From: Octopus sinensis
Lineage: Eukaryota
NCBI RefSeq assembly: GCF_006345805.1
Contig: NC_043015.1
Span: forward strand, 39,308,001-39,372,000
Length of the DNA stretch: 64,000 nt
Direction: 5' to 3'
Below the pieces are notes generated by a model. That model had not been told where the DNA came from. It searched no databases and was given only the letters and a program-made list of their open reading frames with translations. Positions 12,855-26,048 of this stretch are shown piece by piece (the stretch's first letter is position 1; every line of letters starts with the position of its first letter). Made by a program: the position numbers and the translations under genes.

Positions 12855-14398
12855 AGCACCTGTGAATCGTTGGCGATTTTTTTCCTCCATCTTCCTTTTC
12901 TCTTGGACTTTCCTCTCTCTCCTGTTTCTGAAGAAGAGCTTTGCTTGAAACGTAAAACTACCTTTCTTTCCTTCCTTGAGCATCTGCTAACACTTTGCAT
13001 GTACCGCATCCTCTTGTTGTCTTTTTTTCTTGTGTTTGTTCTTTGTTTTTTTTATATTTACTATATATATATAAAAGGGATGACCTGTAAGTGGACATCC
13101 ATTATGCTAGAAGAAGATCCGCTATGGTCTTACCACTAAGAAGGGAATGTTCTCAAGGAAATTTATATATTTCTTGAGAACATTCTTTTCTTAGTGGTAA
13201 GACCATAGCGGATCTTCTTCTAGCATAATGGATGTCCACTTACAGGTCATCCCTTTTATATGTATGTATTATCATTTTTTCTGAAATTTCAGATTTTTAA
13301 ATATGCTAGACCACGGGTTTTAAATTGATATTAATCAAATTAATATTCAACTTACCACCCTTATTATTTTAAATTTAAATTTATATATATATATATAGAT
13401 ATAAATATATAAATATATATATATAGATATATATATAGATAATGTGAGTGTGTATATATTTATACCTGTATCTTGTAAGAAGTATAGAATTCTTGAAACA
13501 AATCAAAAAGAGAGTGAAAGAGTGACAACAACCTACCTTTCTTTTTCTCTTTTTCTGACTGGTCTCCACAGATATATTTAGCATCGTCTCCAGGACACTG
13601 CCACGAGCCATTGCGGTAGCATTCACACTGATAGCGGAAACAGCCATCGGTAAAAGTGAAGTCTTCTCCCAGCGCAAATTCTTTACCGTTTACTGAACAA
13701 TGCCGGATGGAAGCAGCTGTTCTAACCACAACACTCCTTTGGAAAACTAAAGAGAAATGCAAGAAATTCTAAATATCCGTGTAATATTAAAACTTTCCAA
13801 GAAATAAATTTAACTTTGTTAAAAGAGAGTTACATTTAAGGAGAATCTATCAGAGAGGTCAGAGTTACTTCAGCCTTTTCTAACATCATGGGGTGGACAT
13901 GCTTGATGATTTTATATCGCGCACCAACGCATTGGTGATATTCTTTATGTAAGAAATACTGGTGATATAAAGAGCTCAATGTGAATTTGAGAATTCAGTG
14001 CAGAGAACAGAAAATAGTGCACTCATTACTGTGCGTTAAGTACAGAAATGCTTTTCTTGTGAGAAATACATTATATGAAGGGGTTGCCGGAAGGTTCCTG
14101 TCTTTGAGTAAAATAAAATACAGGAGAGTCAGTTAATTATGATCTTATTCAATGTTGTAGCACACCTGAGCACTATACCCAATAGCATTATCATTATTAT
14201 TATTATATTATTATTATTATCATCATCATCATTATTATCATTATCATCATTATTATTATTTTTAATATTCCCCTTTCAGATTCAGACATTTATTGCAGAA
14301 GTCCTTCAGTGTTTTTTAAAAGAACGCAGAAGGTTAGGCTTCCAACCAGGCCTTTCACAAAACCCTTAAAGCCAGCAATTTTTCTGTACCCCATCATA

Positions 14399-14442
<44 letters not shown>

Positions 14443-15515
14443 CACACATTTATATACATATATATATATACATATGAGAGACCCCCCACTCCCTCCAGTC
14501 ACGAATGACCATGGGGTTGCACATAGAAAGTTTCCCTGGCCAAGGTTGTTTATGGAAGACCAGCAATCACCCATGCATACCAGCCTCCTCTCTCCAAGCC
14601 ACCAATGTTATCTAAGGGAAAGGCAAAGGGGCCGATACAGCTTTGGCACCGGTGACATCACAACTCATTTCCACAGCTGAGTGAACTGGACCAATGAGAA
14701 ATAAAGTGTCTTGCTCAAGAACACAACACACTACCCGGTTTGAGAATCGAACTCACTTCCTCATGACTGTGAGCCCAACACTCTAACCACTGGGCTATGT
14801 ACTATATATATCATCATCATCATCATCATCATCAATTAACATCCGCTTTCCATGCTAGCATGGGTTGGACGGTTCAACTGGGGTCTGGGGAGCCCGAAAG
14901 CTGCACCAGTCCAGTCAGATCTGGCAGTGTTTCTACAGCTGGATGCCCTTCCTAACGCCAACCACTCCGAGAGTGTAGTGGGTGATTTTATGTGCCACCG
15001 ACACAGGTGCCAGACGAGGCTGGCAAACGGCCACGCTCGGATGGTGTTTTTATGTGCACCGACACAGGTGCCAGACGAGGCTGGCAGACGGCCACGCTCG
15101 GATGGTGTTTTTATGTGCCACCGACACAGGTGCCAGACGAGGCTGGCAGACGGCCACGCTCGGATGGTGTTTTTATGTGCCACCGACACAGGTGCCAGAC
15201 GAGGCTGGCAGACGGCCACGCTCGGATGGTGTTTTTATGTCCACCGACACAGGTGCCAGACGAGGCTGGCAGACGGCCACGCTCGGATGGTGTTTTTATG
15301 AGGCTGGCAAACGGCCACGATCGGATGGTGCTTGTTACGTGCCCACAGCACGGAGGCCAGTCGATGCGGTACTGGCTACGGCCACGTTCGGATGGTTTTC
15401 TTATGTGCCACGTGCCACAAAGATACAAATTCCATTGATGTTCATCTATTTGATTTTATATATATTGATATATTTTGATATATATATATATATACACTCT
15501 AACCACTGGGCTATG

Positions 15516-15577
<62 letters not shown>

Positions 15578-15845
15578 TAGAAAAAAAAACACCTTTTATC
15601 AATCCAAAATGAACAATTAAATTACACCATCTGGAAAATTACATATAATAGAAATATTAGAAATATTAAAAACAAAATAGCAATGACATACCAATGATTA
15701 AGTAAATTGCAAAAAAATTGTTCATTTTGAATTGATAAAAGGTGTTTTTTTCTAATTTTTGTATATATATTATATTTTGTGAAATTTGACTTAGTATTTC
15801 TAAATTGAATTTTTCCCTGTAAGTTAGGAATAATATTCCCTCAAA

Positions 15846-15905
<60 letters not shown>

Positions 15906-18900
15906 TAATGTGCAATATATGGATTTATATAACCCAGTGGTAATCACATACACATGCACACCTGTGCACACACACCTACATAGCAGAGTATTTATATCTT
16001 GAACTCTCACCTTGTTGCCATTTGCTTGAATGGTGTGACCGTTCTCGTCCGTGACGGTCACAGATGTATGCAATTCCTTCAGCGAGACATTCCCAAGAGC
16101 CATCGGTGTTACAGAAGCAGTTGAATTCGAAGCAACCAATTCTGAAAGTAAATGCTCGGCCGAGTGAATAACTTTCTCCATTCACTTCGCAGTTCCTCAT
16201 CTCGTCACTGACAATCACATGGAAGTTGATGCTTGAAGCTGTTAAAAAAAAAAATCAAAAACACAAAAAAAACAAATGATTACAATTTTGTGCGTTGGTG
16301 AGACAGGGTGGGGGATCGAAACAAGAGATTTTGACGGAGGACATTTTATTAGTTCATAAAATAAACATTGGTTTCAAATTTTGGCACAAGGCCAGCTATT
16401 TCAGGGCAGGGGCGAGGTCAATTGTATTGACCCCAGATATCAACTGGTACTTGTTTTATTGACCCTTAGAGAATGAAAGGCAAAGTTGACCTCAGCAGAA
16501 TTTCAACTTGAAATGATAAGACAGGTGAAATGTTGTTTATCATTTTACCTGGCTTGTTAACGATTCTGTCACATCACCACCTTAGTTTATAAAATATGGT
16601 CACAGAAGTCAGGTGCAGGCTTCTGCCTGGTTGGCTCTTGTGAAACTGTACCAAACATGCTAGCATTGAAGGTGGACATTAAACAATGATGATGATGATG
16701 ATGATGATGATTAAATACATCTCAACTTTATTCTCTGGGAAATAAATGTAAAAGAAATCTTACTACAAGTTTAATTAGAATGAATAAATTTATCAGATCA
16801 TTGTCGCATGTCCTTTGTTTCACATTTTGAATGTTTAAAGAAAAGGGTCAATGATTTACAGGTCCCAAATGCTTCCATCTTTAAACTCCATCAGTTAAGT
16901 TTGTAATATAAATCAAAATAATTTACCTTTCTTTTTCTCTTTTTCTGACTGGTCTCCACAGACATATTCAGCATCGTCTCCAGGACACTGCCACGAGCCA
17001 TTGTGATAGCATTCACACTGATAGCGGAAACAGCCATCGGTAAAAGTGAAGTCAGTTCCCAGTGGGAATTCGTTACCGTTTACTGAACAATATCTAATAG
17101 AAGATACTGTCTTAACCACAACACTCCGCTGGGAAACTGAAGAGAAATGGACAAAATTTAAATATTCATGTAATATTAAAACTTCTCAAGAGATAAGTTT
17201 CATTCCAGAAAAGAACAAAAACAAATTTATTAGATTCCAGCTGATATCTGGCAAATAAGATTGAACCATATATATATATACAACAGGCTTCTTTCAGTTT
17301 CCATCTACCAAATCCACTCACACAGCTTTGGTCGGCCTGAGGCTATAGTAGAAGACACTTGCCCAAGGTGCCATGCGGTGGGACTGAACCCGGAACCATG
17401 TGGTTCGTAAGCAAGCTACTTACCACACAGCCACTCCTGCGCCTACAACGTCTACAAAATGAAATACCAATATACACAACTGCAATGGTGAGCATGAATT
17501 AAGAGATCATAAAAGAAAAACTGCTGCTTCACAGGTCAGTTAGATAACACAACAATAACAAAAAACATTTCGGTGTTTTTGCTTTTATTACGGATTAAAG
17601 AGATCAGAAGAAGTGCTACTTACTTTTAGGACGACTTGTTGAAGGATAAGGAAGCTCCTCTCTCGGTTTTCCACAGATATTCTTGGTATTTTCTGACAGG
17701 CATTCCCACGACCCATCAGTGTTACAATTGCATTCGTATTCGAAACAACCGTATTCAAAGCTGAAAGGACGGCCAAGGGTGTACTTTCTGCCCTTCACAT
17801 AGCAGGACTCTGGGTCATCGTTGACCACAACATACATGTTCCGGCTTGGCACTAAGAAAGGGGGGGGGAGAAGAAAAAATAAAACACAAACACTCATTAC
17901 ATTATTATACTGAGTTTAAATGTTTAGCCACATACATTCAATTTCTGCTACTACTACTACTAATACCACCACCACCACCACCACCGCCACTACTACTACC
18001 ACCACCACCACCACAACCACTACCACCACCACCACCACTACTACTTCTACTACTACTACTACTACTGCTACTGCTGCTCCTCCTCCTTCTCCTCCTACTA
18101 CCACTGTTGCTGCAGCAATACTACTGCTGCTGCTGCTGCTAATACTACTACTGCTGCTGATGCTACTACTACTACTACTACTACTACTGTTGCTGCTGCT
18201 GCTGCTACTACTACTACTGCTGCCATCGCTGCTGCTGCTGCTGCTGCTACTACTACTACTACTATTACTACTACTACTATTACTACTTTCACTGGGTGAT
18301 CACGTACCTCCTCTATACAAGACACCTATTTCTGCCTCTCTATTTCTCTGCTGCACTAACCCTTTGTCATCTGATACTGGATCACCCCCCTCTAATGACC
18401 CCCTCTGTTGTGGCAAGACACCTGCATTTGTCTCTCTGTCTCTTTGTCATATTCTAACCTTTCATCCCCTGACACAAGTTCCTCTCTTCAAATACCCTTG
18501 ACCCTCTCATAATTCCTTGTCTTGTAGGTTACTCGGTTACCCTGCCAGTACTGGTTGCCACGTTAAAAGCCTCCAGTCCACACTGTGACATGGTTGGCGT
18601 CTGGAAGGGCATCCTGCTGTAAAAATTGTGCCAAAAATAACCTTGCTTGTGCTGGTGCCATGTAAAAACCACTGATTCCACTCTGCAGAGTGGTTGGTGT
18701 TAGGAAGGGCATCCAGCCGTAAAATCCTTGCCAAAACAGGCACAGCAGCCTAGGGTGGATTTTTGACCCGGCCAGCTCCTGTCATCCATCCTACTCAAGT
18801 ATGCATGGAAGATGGACATTAACCAATGATGATGATGATGATGATGATGATGATATATACATACATTGATAGTTTGATAGTGAGGAAGAGAAAAAAAAAT

Positions 18901-19005
18901 AATGAAAAAGATTGACTGGGAGTAAAGAGAATAACTAAAAGTTGACAAAAGAGATCATACTAAGAAAATGGAGGAAGGCTTGAAGCAAGCATGCTTATGT
19001 GCATA

Positions 19006-19075
<70 letters not shown>

Positions 19076-19150
19076 TATGTGTGTGTGTCTGTGTGTGTGT
19101 GTGTGTGTGTATGTGTGTGTGTGAGTGTGCATGTGTGTGTGTGTGTGTGC

Positions 19151-19197
<47 letters not shown>

Positions 19198-19282
19198 TGC
19201 GCGTGTGTGTACGTGTTTGTGTGTGTGTGTGTGTTGTGTGTGTGTGTGTGTGTATGTGTGTGCGCGTGTGTGTACGTGTTTG

Positions 19283-19317
<35 letters not shown>

Positions 19318-19331
19318 ATGTGTGTGTGTAT

Positions 19332-19367
<36 letters not shown>

Positions 19368-19370
19368 ATG

Positions 19371-19409
<39 letters not shown>

Positions 19410-19422
19410 ATGTGTGTGCGTG

Positions 19423-19468
<46 letters not shown>

Positions 19469-22317
19469 TGTGCGTGTGTGTGCGTGCGTGTGTGTGTGTG
19501 TGTGTGTTTGTATGGAATATTCACAAGTTTCATGCCAAAAATATTCGAAAATTTAGTAAATACTTGAATAGGAAATATATTTAGAAAATTACAAAAATTA
19601 CTTTTTTTTGGTTCTTGAGAAGGAGTCTGTGGACAGGAATATTCTGCACGCTCTCCTGGACATTCCCAAGAGCCATTACTATGACACATACAAACATATC
19701 GGTAGCAGTTGTCTGTGAATGTAAATGGTTTATTCAAGGGATATTCTTGACCATTGGCAACGCACGAACTCAGAGTCTGGCCAATGTTTAACACGACTGA
19801 CTGTTGGAAAANNNNNNNNNNNNNNNNNNNNNNNNNNNNNNNNNNNNNNNNNNNNNNNNNNNNNNNNNNNNNNNNNNNNNNNNNNNNNNNNNNNNNNNNN
19901 NNNNNNNNNNNCACTACCAGAAGTAGAGCAGGAATTTCAGGTGTGGAAGCAATTTCCGGCATTGGAGGGTCTTATAGTTCATTTAGTAAGTGTCAAAGTC
20001 TTAGTAAGTAGGAAAGTAAGCACATCACAAGACAGACCTTTTTGATATGCAGAATAGATTTAAGTAGAGACTCAGTTAGCCACACCCAGAGCAACCTATA
20101 GACACATAAACATGTTTGGTTGTATCAAAGAAAGGTTAACAGGGAAAATGGTCTTTGAGTGTGGCAGGTGTGCATGTACAAGAGACACTAGGAATGGACA
20201 GAAACACAGACTCCATCAAATTTCTGGCCGGATAGTTGGAAGTAGTAGACTATTTCTGTTACCTAGGTGACCAAAAGAGAAGTGGAGGAGGAAGTTCAGA
20301 GAATCTAGCTTCTTCTATAATAACTGTTTGGGCAAAGTTCAGGCAGCCTTTCTTGGTAACAGAGAGTCTCTCGTTCAGATAAAAGGCTGAGCAAAAGAAA
20401 GCCTTTGTGTGAACAGCCATGTTGCATGGCAATGAAATGTGGTCTGACACTGCTGAAGGCATGTGGATATGGACAGAAATGAAGATAGCTTGCTCCGCAG
20501 GATGTACAAGGTAAGTGTGCATTTTGAAGAAGGTGTAAGCATCTGAAGAGACAAATATGATTGTAAGAGTCATGAGACGTAATGTGTAGGTGAGGAGACT
20601 GCACTGGTATGGTCATATGAAGTGTGGGGATGAGGATAGATGCATAAAGAGGTCCCAATCACAAACTGTTGAAGGGACCAGTTGAAAGGGTCGATGAAGG
20701 GAGATGAGGGATGAGGTGGTGAAATGTGATCCTTGGATGTTGAGTATCATAGAAGCAATGGTGCGTGTTGTGATTTTAATTTTGATCACGTGATTTTGAT
20801 TGTCTCGATTGCTGTTACAGTGCGACTGCGCTGTTACAGTGCGACTGCGCTGTTACAGTGCGACTGCGCAGAGTTCTGTTCTGTTTGTGGCACGACGTGT
20901 TCAGCGTTGATTTTAGTTATTCTACAATGTAGCAACTCGCTGCATAAAAATGTTATTGCGTTGAAGTTTGGTTCTGCTTACAATTTAGCAATCTTTGTAT
21001 TGTATTGCATATTGCTGCATTTTAGTCGATTAAAACCTTTTAAACTTTGATATTTGAGTTTGGGTTTATAATAGTATGTGACCAGGACATCTGGAAAATT
21101 GCTGTGCCTTTGAAGATGAATGAAGCAATGATATTTCATAATCTAACATATTATCTTGTATCTAACAAACTATTGTAATTCATGAACATTTTAACAAACA
21201 CTGGATTTGATAAGTGAACAAATGTACAAACTGAACATTGATCAATCATAGGTTTGATTAAATCATTGATAGTTAATAGAACATTATGTGTTACCCTCAT
21301 TTCTTGGTGGTCTTGTGGGCTGTGGTCGTGTTCTGTCTCCGCACACATATTCTGATCTATCTGCAGGACATTCCCAGGATCCATTGTGGAAACACTGACA
21401 ATTGTAACGGAAACAATCCAAAACAAAAGAGAATGATTCTCCTAAACGATATCTTTGGTTATTAGCAAAACAGCTGTCTGTATCTGTTTGATGGATCACG
21501 TAGAATCTTTTGCTTGAAACTAAAATGAAGGAGAAGAGAGACATATTCACTTATCTCCAAGAAACCCTTTGATTGTAAAGTAAACACAATCATCAACATA
21601 GTTTTGTCAAAGTTGATATTCGAATAATATATCTTGCTGACAATTTTTAAGGAATACATATAAATGAAGAATTTGAAAAGGTCCAAATATTTCTACATAA
21701 ATTAGAAAATATCATATAACATGATGTGAAATATAAATATTGTAAACTGTTAAATGAGTCTTAATTATATTTTGTAGATGAATATTTCATTGCTATGAAG
21801 AAAAGAGACAATATTTTATTTTAAGAATTGGTAAGAAAAGAAATATGTTTGTGACATACCTGGTATGCTTGCCCAATCTGTGTCCCGATCACAGATGTAT
21901 TGGGAGTCCGATCCAGGACATTCCCAAGATCCATTACGGTAACACATACAGGTGTACTTGAAACAACCTTCAGTGAATGAGAATCGACTTCCAAGATTAT
22001 AGCGCTCGTTATTCACCATACAATATCTTATCTCAGATTGTGATACAACTATTATGGATCCAATGTTTCCTGAAATGGGAAGAAAATGGCAAAAGATGAA
22101 TGATAAATAGACATTTTCAATGGAAATACCAATGTATATTATTCATTCTGTTTTGTAATTTGTTTATAGAAATTTCTGGAATCTTATGAATGATTATTGT
22201 ACATAGTTGAAATACATAGAATGGTCAGTAAGATGTTAGAATTTAGTTTATAACATTCAGGTGACTGAATTACTACCTGAAGTATTGAAGATATATATAT
22301 ATCAAATTATATATATA

Positions 22318-22360
<43 letters not shown>

Positions 22361-25300
22361 TATATCGGTAAAACGGTAAGGTAACAAAAGAAAGAAAGAG
22401 ACCTCAATATTATGTAAATAGAGGAAATTTATCTATAAAATAATATGTTACATTACTCGATAGTCAAGATAAAACTCTGAGTTTCAGATGCCGAAGTGGG
22501 AATTCACAATGCCATCTCTTCGGTTATCTGGTTATTTTCTATATATATATATATATATTGTGTAATGTTCTGTTATGGTAAGATCACCGAAAAAAAAGTA
22601 CATAGTATTTAATAGACAAAATACATGTTTTTATGTGCTAGTAATAGATTCTTGTGCCAAGAACATGCCAAAACGATGCTTACCCTCTGTGCACATAAAT
22701 TCATTTGCACAAAATTTGCATGGTGAAAACATTTTGATTTACTTCTCCACCAGTTTCAAAGATAATCAAACCAAAATTTAAGGAGTTTGAGCCACTCACC
22801 CAATGAGTATTTCTCCCAAATTTGGTGAAAATCAGTTCTGCCAGTTTCCAGTAATTTTAGAAACACACAGACATAGTTGAGCAACTACAATACTGTGTTT
22901 CACTTACATGCGTAGGGTAACGAACATTGATTAATTACAATTTATATTTGATCATTGAAAGTTAATAGAAAATATGTGTTACCCTCATTTCTTGGTGGTC
23001 TTGTGGGCTGTGGTCGTCTTTCATCACGGCACACATATTGTGATTTATCTGCTGGACATTCCCATGATGCATTGTAGAAACACTGACAATTGTAACGGAA
23101 GCAATCCAAAACAAAAGAGAATGATTCTCCTAAACGGTATCTTTGGTTATTAGCAAAACAGCTGTTTGCATCTGTTTGATGGATTACGTAGAATCTTTTG
23201 CTTGAAACTAAAAACAAATAGAAAACAAACACATTTGCAATTAGTTTTAAATCTCTGAGCAAGAAGTAAGTAGTTACAGTGCTACAAAGGGAAATCTATT
23301 TGCCAACGTAAAATGAAATCAAATTCGAAGACTGGCATCCGTGCTAGTGGAGCGCTAAGAGCACCATCAGAGTGCGATCATTGTCAGAGCAACAAACTGG
23401 CTTCAGTGCCGGTAGCATGTAAAAAGTACCATTCGAGTATGATTGTTACCAGCGTCACCTTACTGGCATGTGAAAAAACATTCGGGCGAGGTCATTGCCA
23501 GTACTGCTGGACTGGCTCCTGTCCACATGGCACGTAAAAAACACCATTTGAGCGTGGCCATTGCCAGTACCGCCAGACTGGCCCTCGTGCCGCTGGCACG
23601 TAAAAGCACCCACTACACTATCAGTGTGGTTGGCATTAGGAAGGGTATCCAGCTGTAGAAACTTGGCCAGATCAAGAGTGGAGCCTGGTGCAGCCATCTG
23701 GTTCACCAGTCCTCAGTCAAATCGTCCAACCCATGCTAGCATGGAAAGCGGACGTTAAACGATGACAATGATGAAAGTGGTAAACCTGATTAGGATGATG
23801 CTATTTACCTTTTCCTGGGGCTAAAAAAGGTAGTAATATTGTCCTAATCAGGACTGCCACTTAACGTTGGCAAATAGATTTTACTCCAAACATACTTACT
23901 CACGTCAAATAAACCCATTGATTGTGACATAAACATAATCTTCAACATAGTTTAGAGAAAATTGATATTTGAAAGAGAATTCCTGTTGAGAATTTGTAAA
24001 GAATAAATATATTTAGGATAGCACAATATTTACAGAATTACAGAGATGTACTTGCATAGCAAGTGACCTGATCTGAGATTATGTACTGAAACGAAAACAA
24101 TTGCAGCATGGAAGGTATTCATAAGCCATTTAAAAACACACATTCAGCATTTAAATTTAATTTGGCAAAACATTTCCGTTGCATGGAATTTTGTCAGTGA
24201 ACAGGTCGCGATTTCAAAGCAACGAAAATATTTTGACAAATTAAATTTAAATGTTGGAGTGAATCTAATGGTTTTTGTGTGTTTCTTAAATGGCTTATAA
24301 ACACCTTCCACATTGCAATTGTTAATATTTACAGATTTCTCTACAAATTAGAATATGTCAAGTCATTTGATGTGCAATAGAAATGTTGTAAACTGCTAAA
24401 TGGTTGTAGAATATATACAATTTTAGCCTTTATCTTCCATTCGCTTCCATTACTAGACTGCGGCCAAGCTGGAGCACCATCTTGAAGAATTTTAGTCAAA
24501 TGAACCGACCCCAGTTCTTATATTTTAAAGCCTGGTAATTATTCTTTTTTCTCTTTTATTTGTTTCAGTCATTTGACTGCGGCCATGCTGGAGCACCGCC
24601 TTTAATTGAGCAACTCAACCCCGGGACTTATTCTTTTGTAAGCCCAGTACTTATTCTATCGGTCTCTTTTGCCGAACCGCTGAGTAACGGGGACATAAAC
24701 ACACCAGCATCGGTTGTCAAGCAATGCTAGGGGGACAAACATAGACACACAATTACACACACATACATATATATATACATATATACGACAGGCTTCTTTC
24801 AGTTTCCGTCTACCAAATCCACTCACAAGGCTTTGGTCGGCCCGAGGCTATAATAGAAGACACTTGCTCAAGATGCCACGCAGTGGGACTGAACCCGGAA
24901 CCGTGTGGTTGGTTAGCAAGCTACTTACCACACAGCCACTCCTGTGCCTATATTGCTGTGAAGAAAAGTGATATTATTTTACTTTGAAGATTTAAAGAAA
25001 GAAATATATTTATGACATACCTGGTATGAATGATACACTTGTGTCCCGACGACAGATGTATTGGGAGTCCGATCCAGGACATTCCCAAGATCCATTACGG
25101 AAACACATACAGTTGTACTTGAAACACCCTTCGGTGAATGAGAATCGACTTCCAAGATTAAAGCGCTCGTTATTCACCGTACAATATCTTATTTCATATT
25201 GTGATGTCACTATTATGGATCCAATGCTTCCTGAAATGAGAAGAAAATGCCAAAAGATGAATGGTAAATAGTCCTTTCAATGGAATACCTACGGATATCA

Positions 25301-26016
25301 TTCGATTTCTTTTCCAATTTGTTTTTATAAGATTGCATAAAGATATTGATCTATTTTTTGTCAGGAACAAAGAATAGATGCAACACCACTTGAAGCAATG
25401 CGAAAGTTTTAACTGTGTTATGTTTCAGGTGTGTTCAATGAAGCGTCAAAAAATGCCCAGAACTTTCCGGACAACCTAATATTATATATGAAATGGTTGA
25501 TATATTTAAAATGGAAGAATACACTGCACTGAGTCAACTGATAACAGTTTCAAGTTTCTGTTGTGATTATTTGGTGGAAATTCATAATTTTTTTAAGAGG
25601 AATTCTTTTTAGTATTATTGATGTATTTTTAAAAATTTTACTTGTTTAGTGATGGAAATAATAAAACAATTATTGAAGTATTTATCAAAATCTTACAAAA
25701 TGGTTTGGAAATAATTCTTCATAACTTACAACAGAATTACGTTGATTAATTTCATAATCACATGTTTTGCTGTAAACGGTTTTTGTTTTCTATAAATATT
25801 CTGTAACTAATTTATGCCGGAATAATATCTTGAAATACTATCATATTTTTAATATCATATATTATCATGGTCTACACTCATGGGGTGGTTGGCGTTAGGA
25901 AGGGTATCCAGCTGTAGAAACACTGCCAGATCAGACTGGAGTCTGGTGCAGCCTCCTGGCTTCCTAGACCCCAGTCGAACTGTCCAACCCATGCTAGCAC
26001 GGAAAACGGACGTTAA

Positions 26017-26048
<32 letters not shown>

